From an uncultured Alphaproteobacteria bacterium (lineage in GTDB: Bacteria; Pseudomonadota; Alphaproteobacteria; Rhizobiales; Beijerinckiaceae), in NCBI GenBank assembly GCA_963815815.1, contig CAWFIA010000010.1, positions 354,849-418,848 of the forward strand: DNA of 64,000 nucleotides, read 5' to 3'. Positions 20,657 to 32,964 of the stretch are shown in pieces. Made by a program: the position numbers and the translations under genes. The notes under the pieces are model-generated. The model ran no database searches. It was given only the letters and a program-made list of their open reading frames with translations, and was not told the DNA's origin. Position 1 is the stretch's first letter. Each line of letters begins with the position of its first letter.

Positions 20657-22166
20657 ATGCCGCTCGCTGAGAATTTCGCCGATCAGCTCGGTTCAAGCCG
20701 CCCGAGCGCGGCCAAATCGCCAACTTACCGTCTCGCGCCGCACAATATCGAGGCGGAGCAGGCGCTGCTCGGCGCGATCCTCGTCAACAACGACGCCTTC
20801 GACCGCGTCTCGGATTTCCTGAAACCCGAGCATTTTTCCGAGGACGTGCACCGGCGGATTTTCGACGTCGCGGCGCAGCTGATTCGCGCCGGAAAACTCG
20901 CCTCGCCGATCACGCTCAAAACCTTTCTGGGCGAGCATGATCTCGGCGGCGTGACCATCCCGCAATATCTCGCCCGCCTCGCCGCCGAGGCGACGACGGT
21001 CATCAACGCCGAGGACTATGGCCGCACCATTCATGATCTCGCCATCCGGCGCGATCTGATCCTGATCGGCGAGGATATCGTCAACGTCGCCTATGACGCC
21101 CCCGTCGACGCGTCGCCGCGCGAACAGATCGAGGAGGCCGAGCGCAAGCTTTACGCCGTCGCCGAGACCGGCCGCTATGAGGGCGGCTTCCAGCGCTTCT
21201 CCGACGCCCTGACCAGTCGCCGTCGACATGGCGGCGAAGGCCTTCGAGCGCGACGGGCGACTTTCGGGCGTCGCGACTGGCCTGACCGATCTCGACGATA
21301 AATGGGCGGCCTGCAGCCGTCCGACTTGGTCATCATCGCGGGCCGTCCCGGCATGGGCAAGACCGCTCTTGCCACCAACATCGCCTTCAACATCGCCAAG
21401 GCCTATGAATTCAAGCCGAAGCCCGATGGCACGCACGAGACCGTCAATGGCGGCATCGTCGGCTTTTTCTCGCTCGAAATGTCGGCGGAGCAATTGGCGA
21501 CGCGCATCATCGCCGAACAGGCCGGCGGTGCCATCCTACAAGATCCGGCGCGGCGACATCGCCGAAACCGAATTTCATCGCATCGTCGCCGCGGCGCGGC
21601 TGATGCAGTCGATCCCTTTCTATATCGACCAGACCGGCGGCCTTTCGATCGCCCAGCTCACCGCGCGGGCGCGGCGCCTCAAGCGCCAGCGCGGCCTCGA
21701 CGTGTTGGTGATCGACTATCTGCAATTGCTCAGCGCGCTCGAAAACGCGCAGCGACAGCCGCGTGCAGGAGATCACCGAGATCACCACCGGCCTCAAGGC
21801 GCTGGCGAAGGAGATGAACGTGCCGGTGGTCGCCCTTTCGCAATTGTCGCGTCAGGTCGAAAGCCGCGACGACAAGCGCCCGCAACTGTCGGATTTGCGC
21901 GAATCGGGCTCGATCGAGCAGGACGCCGACGTCGTCATGTTCGTGTTCCGCGAGGAATATTATCTTAAGAACAAGCAGCCGCAGCGAAGGCACCGAAGAG
22001 TTCCTGCAGGCTGGCAGAGCCGATATGGAACGCGCATGGCAAGGCCGAGGTTATCATCGGCAAGCAGCGCCACGGCCCGACCGGAACCGTCGAACTCGCC
22101 TTCGAGGCGGAGATGACGCGCTTCTCCAATCTCGCCCGCGAAGACGCCTTGCCGGAGCATAGATGA
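20657..22166 (+). CDS. dnaB: Replicative DNA helicase (several indels)
   Basis: [74 protein letters not shown]. Confidence 0.95.
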
Positions 22167-22239
22167 TTTTTGCATGCGCGAATTGCTCGCCTATGACTGA
22201 AAACCGCACTGTGCCGCCTGTGACGAGACCAAATCGCTG

Positions 22240-23635
22240 ATGGCGAAGCCGCGCGCGTCCTTCGTCTGCCAGAATTGCGGCGCCGTCACCGGGCGCTGGC
22301 AGGGCCGCTGCGAGGCCTGCGGCGAATGGAACTCAATCGCCGAGGAGAGCGCCGCCGCGGGCATCGGCGCGCAGGCGGCCCTTGGCGTGCGTCCGGGCCG
22401 CGTCTTTGATCTTTGCAATCTGATCGAAACGGACCGCCCGGCTCCGCCGCGCATTTTAACGGGGATCGGCGAACTCGATCGCGTGACCGGCGGCGGCTTC
22501 GTCTCCGGCTCCGTGCTGCTTCTTGGCGGCGAGCCTGGCATCGGCAAATCGACTCTCCTGATACAGGCCTGCGCCGCGCTTGCCGCCAGGGACCGGCGCG
22601 TCGTCTATATTTCCGGCGAAGAGGCGGTGGATCAGGTGCGGCTGAGGGCGCAGCGCCTCGGCCTTGCGCAAAGCCCCGTCGAACTCGCCGCCGAGACCAG
22701 CGTCGAAGACATTGTCGCGACGCTCGGCCGCGGCAAGCGTCCTGCTCTTGTCGTGATTGATTCGATCCAGACCATGTGGACAAGTCTGATCGAATTCGGC
22801 CCCGGGCACGGTCGGCCAGGTGCGCGGCGCGGCGCAAGCGCTGATCCGCTTCGCTAAGACGAGCGGGGCGGCCGTGATTCTCGTCGGCCACGTCACCAAG
22901 GATGGGCAGATCGCCGGGCCGCGCGTCGTCGAACATATGGTGGACGCCGTCCTGTCCTTCGAAGGCGAAGGCGGCCGCGATCTGCGCTTGCTTCGCGCGG
23001 TCAAAAATCGCTTCGGGCCGACCGACGAAATCGGCGTCTTCGAGATGACCGGCCGGGGCCTTGCCGAGGTCGTCAATCCGTCGGCGTTGTTTTTGTCGGC
23101 GCGCGACGCCGCGGCGCCCGGCGCTGCGGTCTTCGCCGGGATGGAGGGGTCGCGTCCGCTTCTCGTCGAATTTCAGGCGCTGGTGGCGCAAAGTTCGCTC
23201 GGCACGCCGCGGCGGGCGGTCGTCGGCTGGGACGCTTCGAGGCTCGCCATGATCGTCGCCGTTCTCGAAACCCACGCCGGCCTGAAGCTCAGCCAATATG
23301 ACATTTATCTCAGCGTCGCCGGAGGCTTGCGCGTCGGGGAGCCCGCGGCCGATCTCGCGGCGGCGGCAGCCTTGATCTCATCATTGAGCGGGGCGGCCCT
23401 CGCCGCCGATTCGGTGTTTTTCGGCGAAATCGCTCTGTCCGGCGCTATCCGACCCGTAGCACATGGGCAGGCGCGCCTTAAAGAGGCGGCCAAGCTCGGC
23501 TTTTGCCATGCGACTGTCCCGCAAGGACCTCCGGAGAGGGGCGGCGGCGCGCCTAAGGAGCTCTCCGTGCGCGGCTGCAAGCATATCTCCGGCCTCATCG
23601 CCGAAGTCGCGGCCGCTTGGCCGAAGCGCGGCTGA
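22240..23635 (+). CDS. radA: DNA repair protein RadA/Sms (one indel near 22800)
   Basis: CQNCG...CEAC zinc finger, GEPGIGKST, KNRFG motif, Lon-like C-terminal domain. Confidence 0.95.
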
Positions 23636-23970
23636 CGGTAATTTGCTGGAGAAAAAGGGACGGGCAGCCTTCTCTTTGCAGGGTGACTGAGCCTTTTCGG
23701 CTCGCTATAAGCAATTTGCGACGCTCTTGCGAATCCGCGCACTTTTGCCGTTTCAACGCCGATCCGCCCGGCAAATTGAGGCGATAGGACCATCACTCCG
23801 AAAGGTTGCGGACGCTTCAATCAAGATCACGCTTCAATCGAGATCATAGTGAAAACAAAGCGCTTAAGAGCATGATGGATCGCGACCGAAGCCATCGCGC
23901 TCCAACAGCGGCGCCGAAATGCGCCGCCCGACGTCAAACATGGGATTTGGGCGCAAAGGGCCAAACAACG

Positions 23971-24579
23971 ATGCCATCCTCTTTCGATCTGGGCTTGATC
24001 GTCGTCATTTTGATTTCCGCCTTCCTCGCAATGGTGCGGGGTTTTACCCGTGAGGTCCTCGCCATCGCTTCGTGGGGCGCGGCCGCCGTCGCCGCGATCT
24101 ATCTGCATCCTTTGGTCCTTCCCTATGTCAAACCCTACATTTCAAAGGATGTGATCGCGCTGGCTGTTTCCGCCGCCGGCGTCTTTTTTGTGACCTTGAT
24201 TATCGTCTCCCTGATTACAATCAAATTCTCCGACGCAATTCTCGACTCCAAGGTCGGGGCTCTCGATCGGTCGCTTGGCTTCGTTTTCGGGGCGGTTCGC
24301 GGCTTGATTCTTTGCGTCATCGCCTTCGTCTTCTTCAACTGGCTCGTTCCTGAGAAAACCCAACCGCAATGGATCAAGACCGCACGGATGCGGCCCTTGC
24401 TGCAGGCGACGGGCGATCAGCTGATGGCGATGCTGCCCGACGATCCGGAGGGGATCTTTGCCAAGTTCAAACAACCCAAGGCGGCCCCAAGCGAAGAGGC
24501 GGCACCTGATAGCGACGTCGAGCCAAAAGCCGCGCCGCTTCCGCCGGCTGGGCGGCCCTCAAGCGGCAATAAAACGTAA
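23971..24579 (+). CDS. cvpA: CvpA family membrane protein
   Basis: RGFTREVLAIASW, LDRSLGFVFGAVRG; in radA-cvpA-purF synteny. Confidence 0.9.
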   Translation: MPSSFDLGLIVVILISAFLAMVRGFTREVLAIASWGAAAVAAIYLHPLVLPYVKPYISKDVIALAVSAAGVFFVTLIIVSLITIKFSDAILDSKVGALDRSLGFVFGAVRGLILCVIAFVFFNWLVPEKTQPQWIKTARMRPLLQATGDQLMAMLPDDPEGIFAKFKQPKAAPSEEAAPDSDVEPKAAPLPPAGRPSSGNKT

Positions 24580-24809
24580 AGGAGCGCCGTCGCCAAATCC
24601 TGAAAGCGAATTGTTACAAGGGTGCGACAATCGTCGCTTGCAAGGAGGGTCGACAAATCGGGTCAATTGCACTATGTAACTTTTGTGGCGTCGGCGCGGC
24701 CCAAGTTAGATTTTTACACTCCCAGTACGGTTGTGACCTACTTTGGGGAGCGGGCGCGCGATAGGGTGAACGCCACGCTGCTCGGCCAGCTCGTTGGCAG
24801 GAGGCGGGT

Positions 24810-26288
24810 ATGGATGATGGGGGCCGTTCGGACTGCATCGAGACGGATCTAGATCTTGACGCGGATCGGTTGCGCGAGGAATGCGGCGTTTTCGGCATTT
24901 TCGGTCATCCTGACGCCGCCGCAATCACCGCTCTTGGCTTGCACGCCCTCCAGCATCGCGGCCAGGAGGCTGCCGGTATCGTTTCTTTTGACGGACAGCG
25001 CTACAATTCCGAGCGTCGGCTTGGTTTGGTCGGCGATCATTTCTCGAAAGCCTCGACCATCGCCCGCCTGCCTGGCGAGGCGGCGATCGGCCATGTGCGT
25101 TACTCCACGACAGGCGAAACCATCCTGCGCAATGTTCAGCCGCTCTTCGCCGAACTGAATTCAGGCGGTTTCGCCGTCGCCCACAATGGCAATCTCACCA
25201 ACGGGCTGACGCTGCGCCGCGACTTGGTGCAGAGCGGCGCGATCTACCAGTCGACTTCCGACACGGAAGTAATTCTCCATCTCATGGCGCGCAGCCGCCG
25301 GCTGCGCATCGTCGAGCGTTTTATCGAGGCGCTGCGCGCCCTCGAAGGCTCTTACGCTCTCGTCGCTTTGTCCAACACAATGCTGCTCGGCGCCCGGGAT
25401 CCGCTCGGCATCCGGCCTCTGGTCTTAGGCGAACTCGACGGCCACTATATTCTCGCCTCCGAGACCTGCGCGCTCGATATCATTGGGGCGCATTTCGTGC
25501 GCGATATCGAGAATGGCGAGATCGTCGTGATTTCGAAGGAAGGCGTCGAAAGTCTGCGTCCCTTCCCGCCGCGCCCAATGCGGCCATGCATTTTCGAATA
25601 TATCTATTTCGCCCGGCCGGACTCCATTGTGCATGGCCGCTCTGTCTACAATGTGCGCAAGGCGATGGGGGCGGAGCTCGCCCACGAATCGATGGTTGAC
25701 GCCGACGTCGTGGTCCCGGTTCCGGATTCGGGCGTGCCGGCCGCGATCGGATTTGCTCAGGCCTCTGGAATTCCGTTCGAGCTTGGCATCATTCGCAATC
25801 ATTATATCGGGCGAACCTTCATCCAGCCGACCCAATCCGTGCGCGAGTTGGGGGTGCGTCTGAAGCATAGCGCTAACCGTGCAGTGGTTGAAGACAAGCG
25901 CATCGTCCTGATCGACGATTCGATTGTACGCGGCACAACCTCCGTCAAGATCGTGCAGATGATGCGCGAAGCCGGCGCCAAGGAGGTGCATTTCAGGATT
26001 TCCTCGCCCCCGATCACCTACCCCGACTATTACGGGATCGACACGCCAGTGCGCGAGAACCTCCTCGCCGCGACACACACGCTTGACGAGATGCGCGACT
26101 ATATCGGCTGCAAGTCGCTAGCTTTCCTTTCGATCGACGGCATCTACCGCGCCATGGGTGAGAAGGGACGCGATCCGGCGCGTCCGCAATTCACCGACCA
26201 TTGCTTCACCGGCGATTATCCGACGCATCTCACCGATCTCATTGGCGAAACGAAGAGCCAGCTGTCGCTGCTCGCCGAAGCCAGTTAG
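24810..26288 (+). CDS. purF: Amidophosphoribosyltransferase
   Basis: EECGVFG, LQHRGQEAAG, GHVRYST, VLIDDSIVRGTTS. Confidence 0.97.
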   Translation: MDDGGRSDCIETDLDLDADRLREECGVFGIFGHPDAAAITALGLHALQHRGQEAAGIVSFDGQRYNSERRLGLVGDHFSKASTIARLPGEAAIGHVRYSTTGETILRNVQPLFAELNSGGFAVAHNGNLTNGLTLRRDLVQSGAIYQSTSDTEVILHLMARSRRLRIVERFIEALRALEGSYALVALSNTMLLGARDPLGIRPLVLGELDGHYILASETCALDIIGAHFVRDIENGEIVVISKEGVESLRPFPPRPMRPCIFEYIYFARPDSIVHGRSVYNVRKAMGAELAHESMVDADVVVPVPDSGVPAAIGFAQASGIPFELGIIRNHYIGRTFIQPTQSVRELGVRLKHSANRAVVEDKRIVLIDDSIVRGTTSVKIVQMMREAGAKEVHFRISSPPITYPDYYGIDTPVRENLLAATHTLDEMRDYIGCKSLAFLSIDGIYRAMGEKGRDPARPQFTDHCFTGDYPTHLTDLIGETKSQLSLLAEAS

Positions 26289-26434
26289 ATCGCTATGACC
26301 TAAGTCGCCAGACCCTCTTTTCGCCAAGGCGCGTCTCGGTTCACGATGATTTTGGGTAGCCTGCTTTCGCTTCGCTGCAAAGCAGGTTAGGGCTTCGCCC
26401 GCAGATCATAACCCTGTCGGGCGTAAGTCTTTTC

Positions 26435-27184
26435 ATGCCAGTTTCTCTTAGCGGGCGCATCGCCCTGGTCACCGGCGCTTCACGCGGCATCGGGCGCGCC
26501 GTCGCCCTCGAACTCGCCAGATGCGGGGCCCATATTATCGCGCTCGCCCGCACCCAGGGGGCGCTCGAAGACCTCGACGACGCCCTTCGCGCCGAAGGAA
26601 GCGAAGCCACCTTGACGCCTTGCGACGTCAAGGACTTCGACGCCCTCGACCGCCTTGGCGCGGCGATCTATGAGCGCTGGGGCAAACTCGACATTCTTGT
26701 CGGCAACGCGGGCGCGCTGGGGCCGATAACGCCGCTCGGGCATGTCGAACCGCGTCAATGGGATGAGGCGTTCGCGGTCAACGTCACCGCCAATTGGCGG
26801 CTCATCCGGTCGCTTGATCCGCTGCTGCGGGCGTCCCCGGCGGGACGCGTCGCGTTTATTACGTCTGGCGTGGCGCACGCCGCCAATTTCGGACCCTATT
26901 GGGGGCCGTACGCCGTCTCGAAAGCGGCGCTCGAGGCTTTGGCGCGCACCTATGCGGCGGAGACGATGAACATCACGGCCGTGCGGGTCATGCTCGTCAA
27001 TCCGGGACCGATGCGCACCAAAATGCGCGCTCAGGCGATGCCGGGCGAGGATCCGATGACATTGCCCACGCCCGAAGAGCTAGCGCCCAAAATCGCCGCC
27101 ATCTGTTCGCCGGAATGGACGGAGACGGGAAAACTCTATGATTTTCCGCAGGATCGCGTGCTGAGTTTTTCCGCGCCAGTTTGA
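26435..27184 (+). CDS. Short-chain dehydrogenase/reductase
   Basis: TGASRGIG and YAVSK catalytic motifs. Confidence 0.9.
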   Translation: MPVSLSGRIALVTGASRGIGRAVALELARCGAHIIALARTQGALEDLDDALRAEGSEATLTPCDVKDFDALDRLGAAIYERWGKLDILVGNAGALGPITPLGHVEPRQWDEAFAVNVTANWRLIRSLDPLLRASPAGRVAFITSGVAHAANFGPYWGPYAVSKAALEALARTYAAETMNITAVRVMLVNPGPMRTKMRAQAMPGEDPMTLPTPEELAPKIAAICSPEWTETGKLYDFPQDRVLSFSAPV

Positions 27185-27222
27185 ATCCTAGAATTTCCAC
27201 CGTGGCGCATAACGCCTTGCGC

Positions 27223-29324
27223 TCAAAACGGCAGGGCTGACAGGCGGACCGTCGAAAGGCCTTTCATGTCGGCGCTGAAGCCGGCGGAGAATTCGAATTC
27301 GCCGGGCTCGAAACAGGGCTCGAAATTGACGCCCGGAAAGCTTAGCTCAGAGGCTGGAAGCGCGAATGCGACGCTGCCGCTTTCGCCCGCGCGCAGCTTG
27401 ACTTTGCCGAACCGCTTCAGTTCCAGGAGCGGGCGCGCTACCGAGGCGACGACGTCGCGCGCGAAGAGAAAAACGGTCGCCTCGCCATCCTTCGGACCGT
27501 CATTGCCCACATCGACGCTCAGCTCGATTGTCTCGCCAAAGCGAAAACTTTGGCGCGCCGACCGAAGGTCGCCGAGACGAAATCGACTGTAGGACAGGCC
27601 ATGTCCGAAATAGAACTGCGGCTCAACCGAAACATCGAGATATTTACTGGTGAAATGATCGTCGGCGGCGAAGGGGCGCCCTGTCGGGCGCTCGGCGAAA
27701 AAGATCGGGATCTGGCCGACCGCGCGCGGCCAGGTGACAGGCAGCCGGCCGACCGGGTTGAAGCGCCCGGTTAAAACATCGGCGATCGCGTGGCCCGCCT
27801 CGGTCCCGAGAAACCAAGTGGCGACGACGGCACCGGTCCGATCGAAAAGCCAGGGAAGCGTCAGCGGACGCCCACTCGATAAAAGCGCGACGACCGGCTT
27901 GCCGAGACCGAGCGCAGCCTCGGCCAGTTCCTTTTGCCGTCCGGGCAGGCCGAGATCGGCGCGCGAGGCGGCCTCTCCGCTCATCGCCGCGCCCTCGCCA
28001 AGGCACAGCACGATGATTTCGGCGTTGCGGCAAATATCTAACGCGCCGTCGATCCTGGAGGCATCCTCATCGTCTATGCCGACGCCGTCGGCGAACAGTC
28101 GTTTTTGTCCGGGGCAGCGCGGCCGCCAATCCCGCCCAGATGCTGACGGCATCGTCGCGATCGCCTGCGGCCGCCCATGGCCCAAACATTTCCCGCCCGG
28201 CGTTCGCGAGCGGACCAATGACAGCGATCGTGCTAAGACCCGCGGCGAGCGGCAAAACGCCATCATTGGTCAGGACGACGATGGCGCGGCGCGCGGCCTC
28301 GCGCGCGAGCGCTTTCGGCGCCTCGGCAGCGCTAAAGCTCCTGGCTCCGCCGCCAGGAAACGTGCTGAAAAGGCCGAGACGCTGCTTCAGCGTCAGCAGG
28401 CGGCGCACGCTGGCGTCGATGTCCTCCATAAAAACGCGGCCCTGCGCGAGAGCCCGCGGAAGGCCCTTGTGAAAAACGCCGCTCATCATGTCGATATCAA
28501 CGCCGGCCGCCACCGCCAGCGCCGCAGCGTCGCAGAAATCGGCGGCGACGCCGTGGCGCAGCAATTCGGCGAGCGCGTTGTAATCGCTGACGATCACGCC
28601 ATCGAATGCGTTCTTTTCCCGAAGCCAGCCGCGCAGCAAGGCCTTATGCGCCGTCATCGGGATTCCGGAAAGATCCGTGAATGCGGGCATGAGCGCGGCG
28701 CAGCCGGCTTCGATCGCCGTTGCAAAGGGCGGCAGATAGACTTCCTGCAAACTGCGCTCTGACACGTCCGCGGAGGCGTAATCGCGTCCGGCCAAGGCCG
28801 CTCCATAAGCGCAAAAATGCTTGACTGCCGCAGCGACGGCGCTCGGCTCGCTAAGATCGCCGCCCTGAAAGCCGCGCACCTTGGCTGCCCCGAATTGCGC
28901 CGTGACGACAGGGTCCTCGCCGGCGCTCTCGGCGATGCGGCCCCAGCGCGGGTCGCGCGAGACGTCGAGCATTGGCGCAAAAATCATGGAGACGCCGTCC
29001 TCCGCCGCCTCCGCCGCGGCGGCTCTGGCCGTCTCCGCCCATAGCGCCGGATCGAACGCCGCCGCTTCGCCGAGCGGAATGGGGAAGATCGTGCGGTGGC
29101 CGTGCAGCGCGTCGAAGCCAATGAGCAGCGGAATCCCGAGCCGACTCTCCTCGACGGCGATCTTCTGAATGGCTCCGACGGAGTCCGCGCCCCACAGATT
29201 GAGGAGGCTGCCGACGCGCCCGGCGCGAACCTCCTGCGTCGACGTCGCCGGCGACGACGGGCCCCGTCACCGCGTAGCCGCCCGCAGCCATGGTGAGCTG
29301 GCCAATCTTCTCCTCGAAAGTCAT
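27223..29324 (-). CDS. GH3 beta-glucosidase (BglX-like; indels)
   Basis: MTFEEKIGQL, FAPMLDVSRDPRWGR, VKHF, VIVSDY, FGHGLSY, ELKRF Fn3-like tail. Confidence 0.9.
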
Positions 29325-29602
29325 AAGGGCGAGAAGCTTTTCTATCCTTTCTATCGCCTCCTCCCTTCACCGCGCGCGCCTTGTTAGCAAAGAACGGGCC
29401 GCTCGCCGCAATTCCGCGGGCGCCGGACCGATGATAGCCTCTTTCTCGATTCGGCAACGAATCCGCGAATTCTCGATTTTCATTGTGAAGCCGGTTTCAT
29501 TGTCAGCCGCCGCGACGCCGACAGCGGTCCAATTTGGCGTGACAGCCATCACTTTTTTTTCCCTATTTGCGTAATCATATCGAAGGATGTTCTTCTAAAC
29601 GC

Positions 29603-31457
29603 ATGGCCAGCGAAAATGAATTGATGAGCGAAAACCAGGACAGACTGGCGAAAGCAAAATTCGACCGATTCGGGTTCAAGAGCGACGTCTTGATGATGAT
29701 CAGGGCTCTTTTCGCCTCGCCCGAACGCAATCAGTTTTTGCTCCTCGCCTTCTCTCTTGGCGCGGTCGTCGGGGCCACCGCCTTTGGCCAGATCCGCTTG
29801 AACGCGTGGAATCAGCCCTTTTATGACGCGCTGGCGCGCAAGGACCTGAAGGAATTTTTTTTTCAGCTCCGGAACTTCGCCTTGATCGCGGGCGGCCTGC
29901 TGATTTTGAACGTTGCCCAGACTTGGCTCAGAGAATTGACCAAGGTCAAGCTGCGCGCGGTCCTGACGCGCAATCTCATCGATTTATGGCTCGGCCCGAC
30001 GCGTGCGTTCCGGCTCGCCAATGCGGGGGAAATTGGCGCAAACCCGGATCAGCGAATTCACGAAGACGCGCGCCACCTCGTCGAGCTGACGACGGATCTT
30101 GGAATCGGCCTGTTGCAAGCGACGCTTCTGCTCGTATGCTTTGTCGGCGTCCTGTGGATTCTGTCCGACGGCATCGGGCTAACGCTATTTGACCGGCACA
30201 TCGCCATCCCAGGCTATATGGTCTGGTCCGCCCTGATATACGCCGGCGCCGCATCCTGGGTGAGCTGGCGAGTCGGTCGGCCCTTAATTCAGCTCAACGC
30301 TGAGCGCTACGCCCGCGAGGCGGAACTTCGCTTTGCTCTCTTGCGCGTCAATGAACGCAATGACGCCATCGCCTTTTTCGGCGGCGAGGAAGATGAAAAG
30401 CAGCGGCTGCATTATGAACTCGAGCCGGTTCTCGACATCATGCGCCGCCTTGTCTCCAGCCTCACGCGGCTGACCTGGATTACGGCCGGCTATGGATGGT
30501 TCACCATCGTCGCGCCGATCATCGTCGCGGCCCCCGGTTTTTTCACCGGCGATCTGACGCTCGGCGGTTTGATGATGGTCGTCGGCGCGTTTAATCAGGT
30601 GCAGCAGGCGCTACGCTGGTTCGTCGATAATTTCAGCGCAATCGCGGATTGGGGCGCGACGCTGCAGCGGGTCGCCAGCTTCCGGACGGCTTTGATCGAA
30701 ATTGATAAGCTTGGCGATAGGTCCGCGCCGGATCGAGCTCGTTACCTCCGGCCGAAGACAAACTACGGTTCGACGATCTCAGCATCGCCTCGTCCACCGT
30801 CTGCACGCGCCTCAGCGAGCGTCACGTGACGATCGAGCCAGGGGAGCGGGTTTTAATCATCGCGCGGCCGGGTCCTGCGAGGTCCAATTTCTTCAGCGCC
30901 ATCGCTGGATTGTGGCCATGGGGTTCAGGACGCATTTGCCTGCCGGCGGGTTCCTCGATGATGTTCATGACCAATCGTCCATATCTGCCGCCGGGCTCTT
31001 TGCGTGCGGCGCTCGCCTATCCGACCCCGGCCTCGATTTCGAGGACGGCGCCTTCGCCGTGGCTCTCGCGCGCATAGGACTGTCGCGACTGGCGCCTGAC
31101 CTCGACGCTTCCCGGCGCTGGGAGCGCGAGCTAAGCGCAGACGAGCAGCAAGGCCTTCAATTCGCGAGGCTTTTATTGCATCGGCCGCGCTGGATCCTGA
31201 TCCATGAAGCCCTCGACGCGCTGGATGAAGAAACCCGCGCCCTTGTGCTCGATGTCTTCGCCTTGGAATTGGCGGGCTCGGCGATCCTCAATATCGGCAG
31301 ACCCGATACGCAGAAGGGATTCTTCTCTCGCATTCTGCATCTGATCGATGATCCGAAGGGGGAAAAACTCAATCCTTGCCTCGTTCCAGGTCCGGCTGAG
31401 CCGCGAGCCTCGCCGTCCGAGGCCAGGACCTCGGCGAACGCTAATCTGATCAATTAG
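29603..31457 (+). CDS. ABC transporter fused permease/ATPase (YddA/ExsE-like; indels)
   Basis: LNAWNQPFYDAL, NPDQRIHED, AREAELRFALLRV (EAA-like), LSADEQQGLQFARLLLHRPRW. Confidence 0.85.
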
Positions 31458-31697
31458 CGCTGTCGCGGCCAAGCCGCATTGCCATGCCGGTCGGCGCGAT
31501 TGGCGTTGCAAAAGGGCAAAACTGGTTCCGCGCGAAACAAGGGGTGTGGTTTCCGATTCCATCCGAGTAGAAAACGCTCTAGATGCTGTTTTCAATAGAA
31601 TTGGGCCCGCTTCGCCGGAAAGCGTCCTCGCTTTCCGGACTCTCCGGACCTGTCGCAGTCAAGGGCGAGGTGGCGGTCCATCTCGCGGAGACGTGCA

Positions 31698-32964
31698 TTG
31701 ACCCACAAAATTCCACCGCTTTTGTCCGACGAAGCGCTGCTTGATCGGGTCCAGCGCCAAACGTTCGGCTTTTTCTGGGAAGGCGCGCATCCGGTCAGCT
31801 TTCTCGCCCGGGACCGCACAGGACTTCAAGCCGATCCGAGCGATGATCGCGTCTCGATTGGCGGCTCGGGATTTGGCGTCTTGGCGATCATCGTCGCCGC
31901 CGACCGCAGCTGGGTCGCGCGCGGAAGAGGCCGTCGAAAGACTTGCTGTCATGATCGCTTTTCTTGAGCGCACGCCTTCCTATCACGGCATGTTTCCGCA
32001 TTTCATGAATGGGCGCACCGGCGCGACAATTCCGTTCGGCCGCAAAGACGATGGCGGCGACATCGTCGAAACCGCCTTCCTCTACCAGGGCCTTCTATGC
32101 GCGCGCCAATTCTTCGACTGCGACAATGCGGCGGAAAAGAGCCTGCGCGATCATATCACCTGGGCCTGGAGCGAAGTCGAATGGAATTGGCATACGCAGG
32201 GTGGCCGCAAGGCGCTGACCTGGCATTGGAGCCCCACAACGGCTTTAGCCTCGACGTTGAGATCCGCGGCTGGAACGAGTGCCTGATGGCTTATGTCCTT
32301 GCCGCGGCCTCGCCGCACCATGCAATCGACCCCACCGCCTACCATGGCGGCTTCGCGCAGAGCCGGACTTTCATTAACCGGCGCGTCTATTATGGCCTCG
32401 AATTGCCGCTTGGGCCGGATTTCGGCGGTCCCTTGTTCTTCGCCCATTATTCCTTCTGTGGGCTCGATCCACGCGGGCTTCGCGATGATTATGCCGATTA
32501 TTGGCGTCAGAACGTCCAGCACACCTTGATCAATTACGAGCATTGCGCCCGCAATCCGAATGGTTGGAAGGGCTATGGCCCGGCGATGCTGGGGGCTCTC
32601 CGCAAGCGACGACCCATCCGGCTATATGGCGCATGCGCCGGACAATGATAATGGCGTCATCTCGCCGACCGCCGCTCTTTCCAGCTTCCCCTATGCGCCG
32701 CAGCTATCAATGCTGGCCCTGCGCCATTTCCATGACGATCTCGGCGATGGATCTGGGGGCGCTTCGGCTTTGTCGACGCCTTCAGCCAGACACATGGCTG
32801 GCGGGCCGAAACCTATCTTGCAATCGACCAAGGCCCCATCGTCGCGATGATCGAGAATTATCGCAGCGGTCTTGATGTGGCGGCTCTTTATGGCCGATCC
32901 CGACGTGCGGCGGGGTTTGCAACGGCTCGGGTTCCAGTCACCTCATCTTTGGCGCATAAGATGA
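31698..32964 (+). CDS. Glucoamylase-like/GH144-type endo-beta-1,2-glucanase (indels)
   Basis: VQRQTFGFFWEGAHP, SIGGSGFG, KDDGGDIVET, GWNECL, GGPLFFAHYSF, YLAIDQGPI..MIENYRSGL. Confidence 0.8.

Noticed and set aside
20657-22166. Programmed frameshifting or an intein in dnaB
   Set aside because: Gene length is normal, and indels are scattered as in neighbouring genes, consistent with sequencing error
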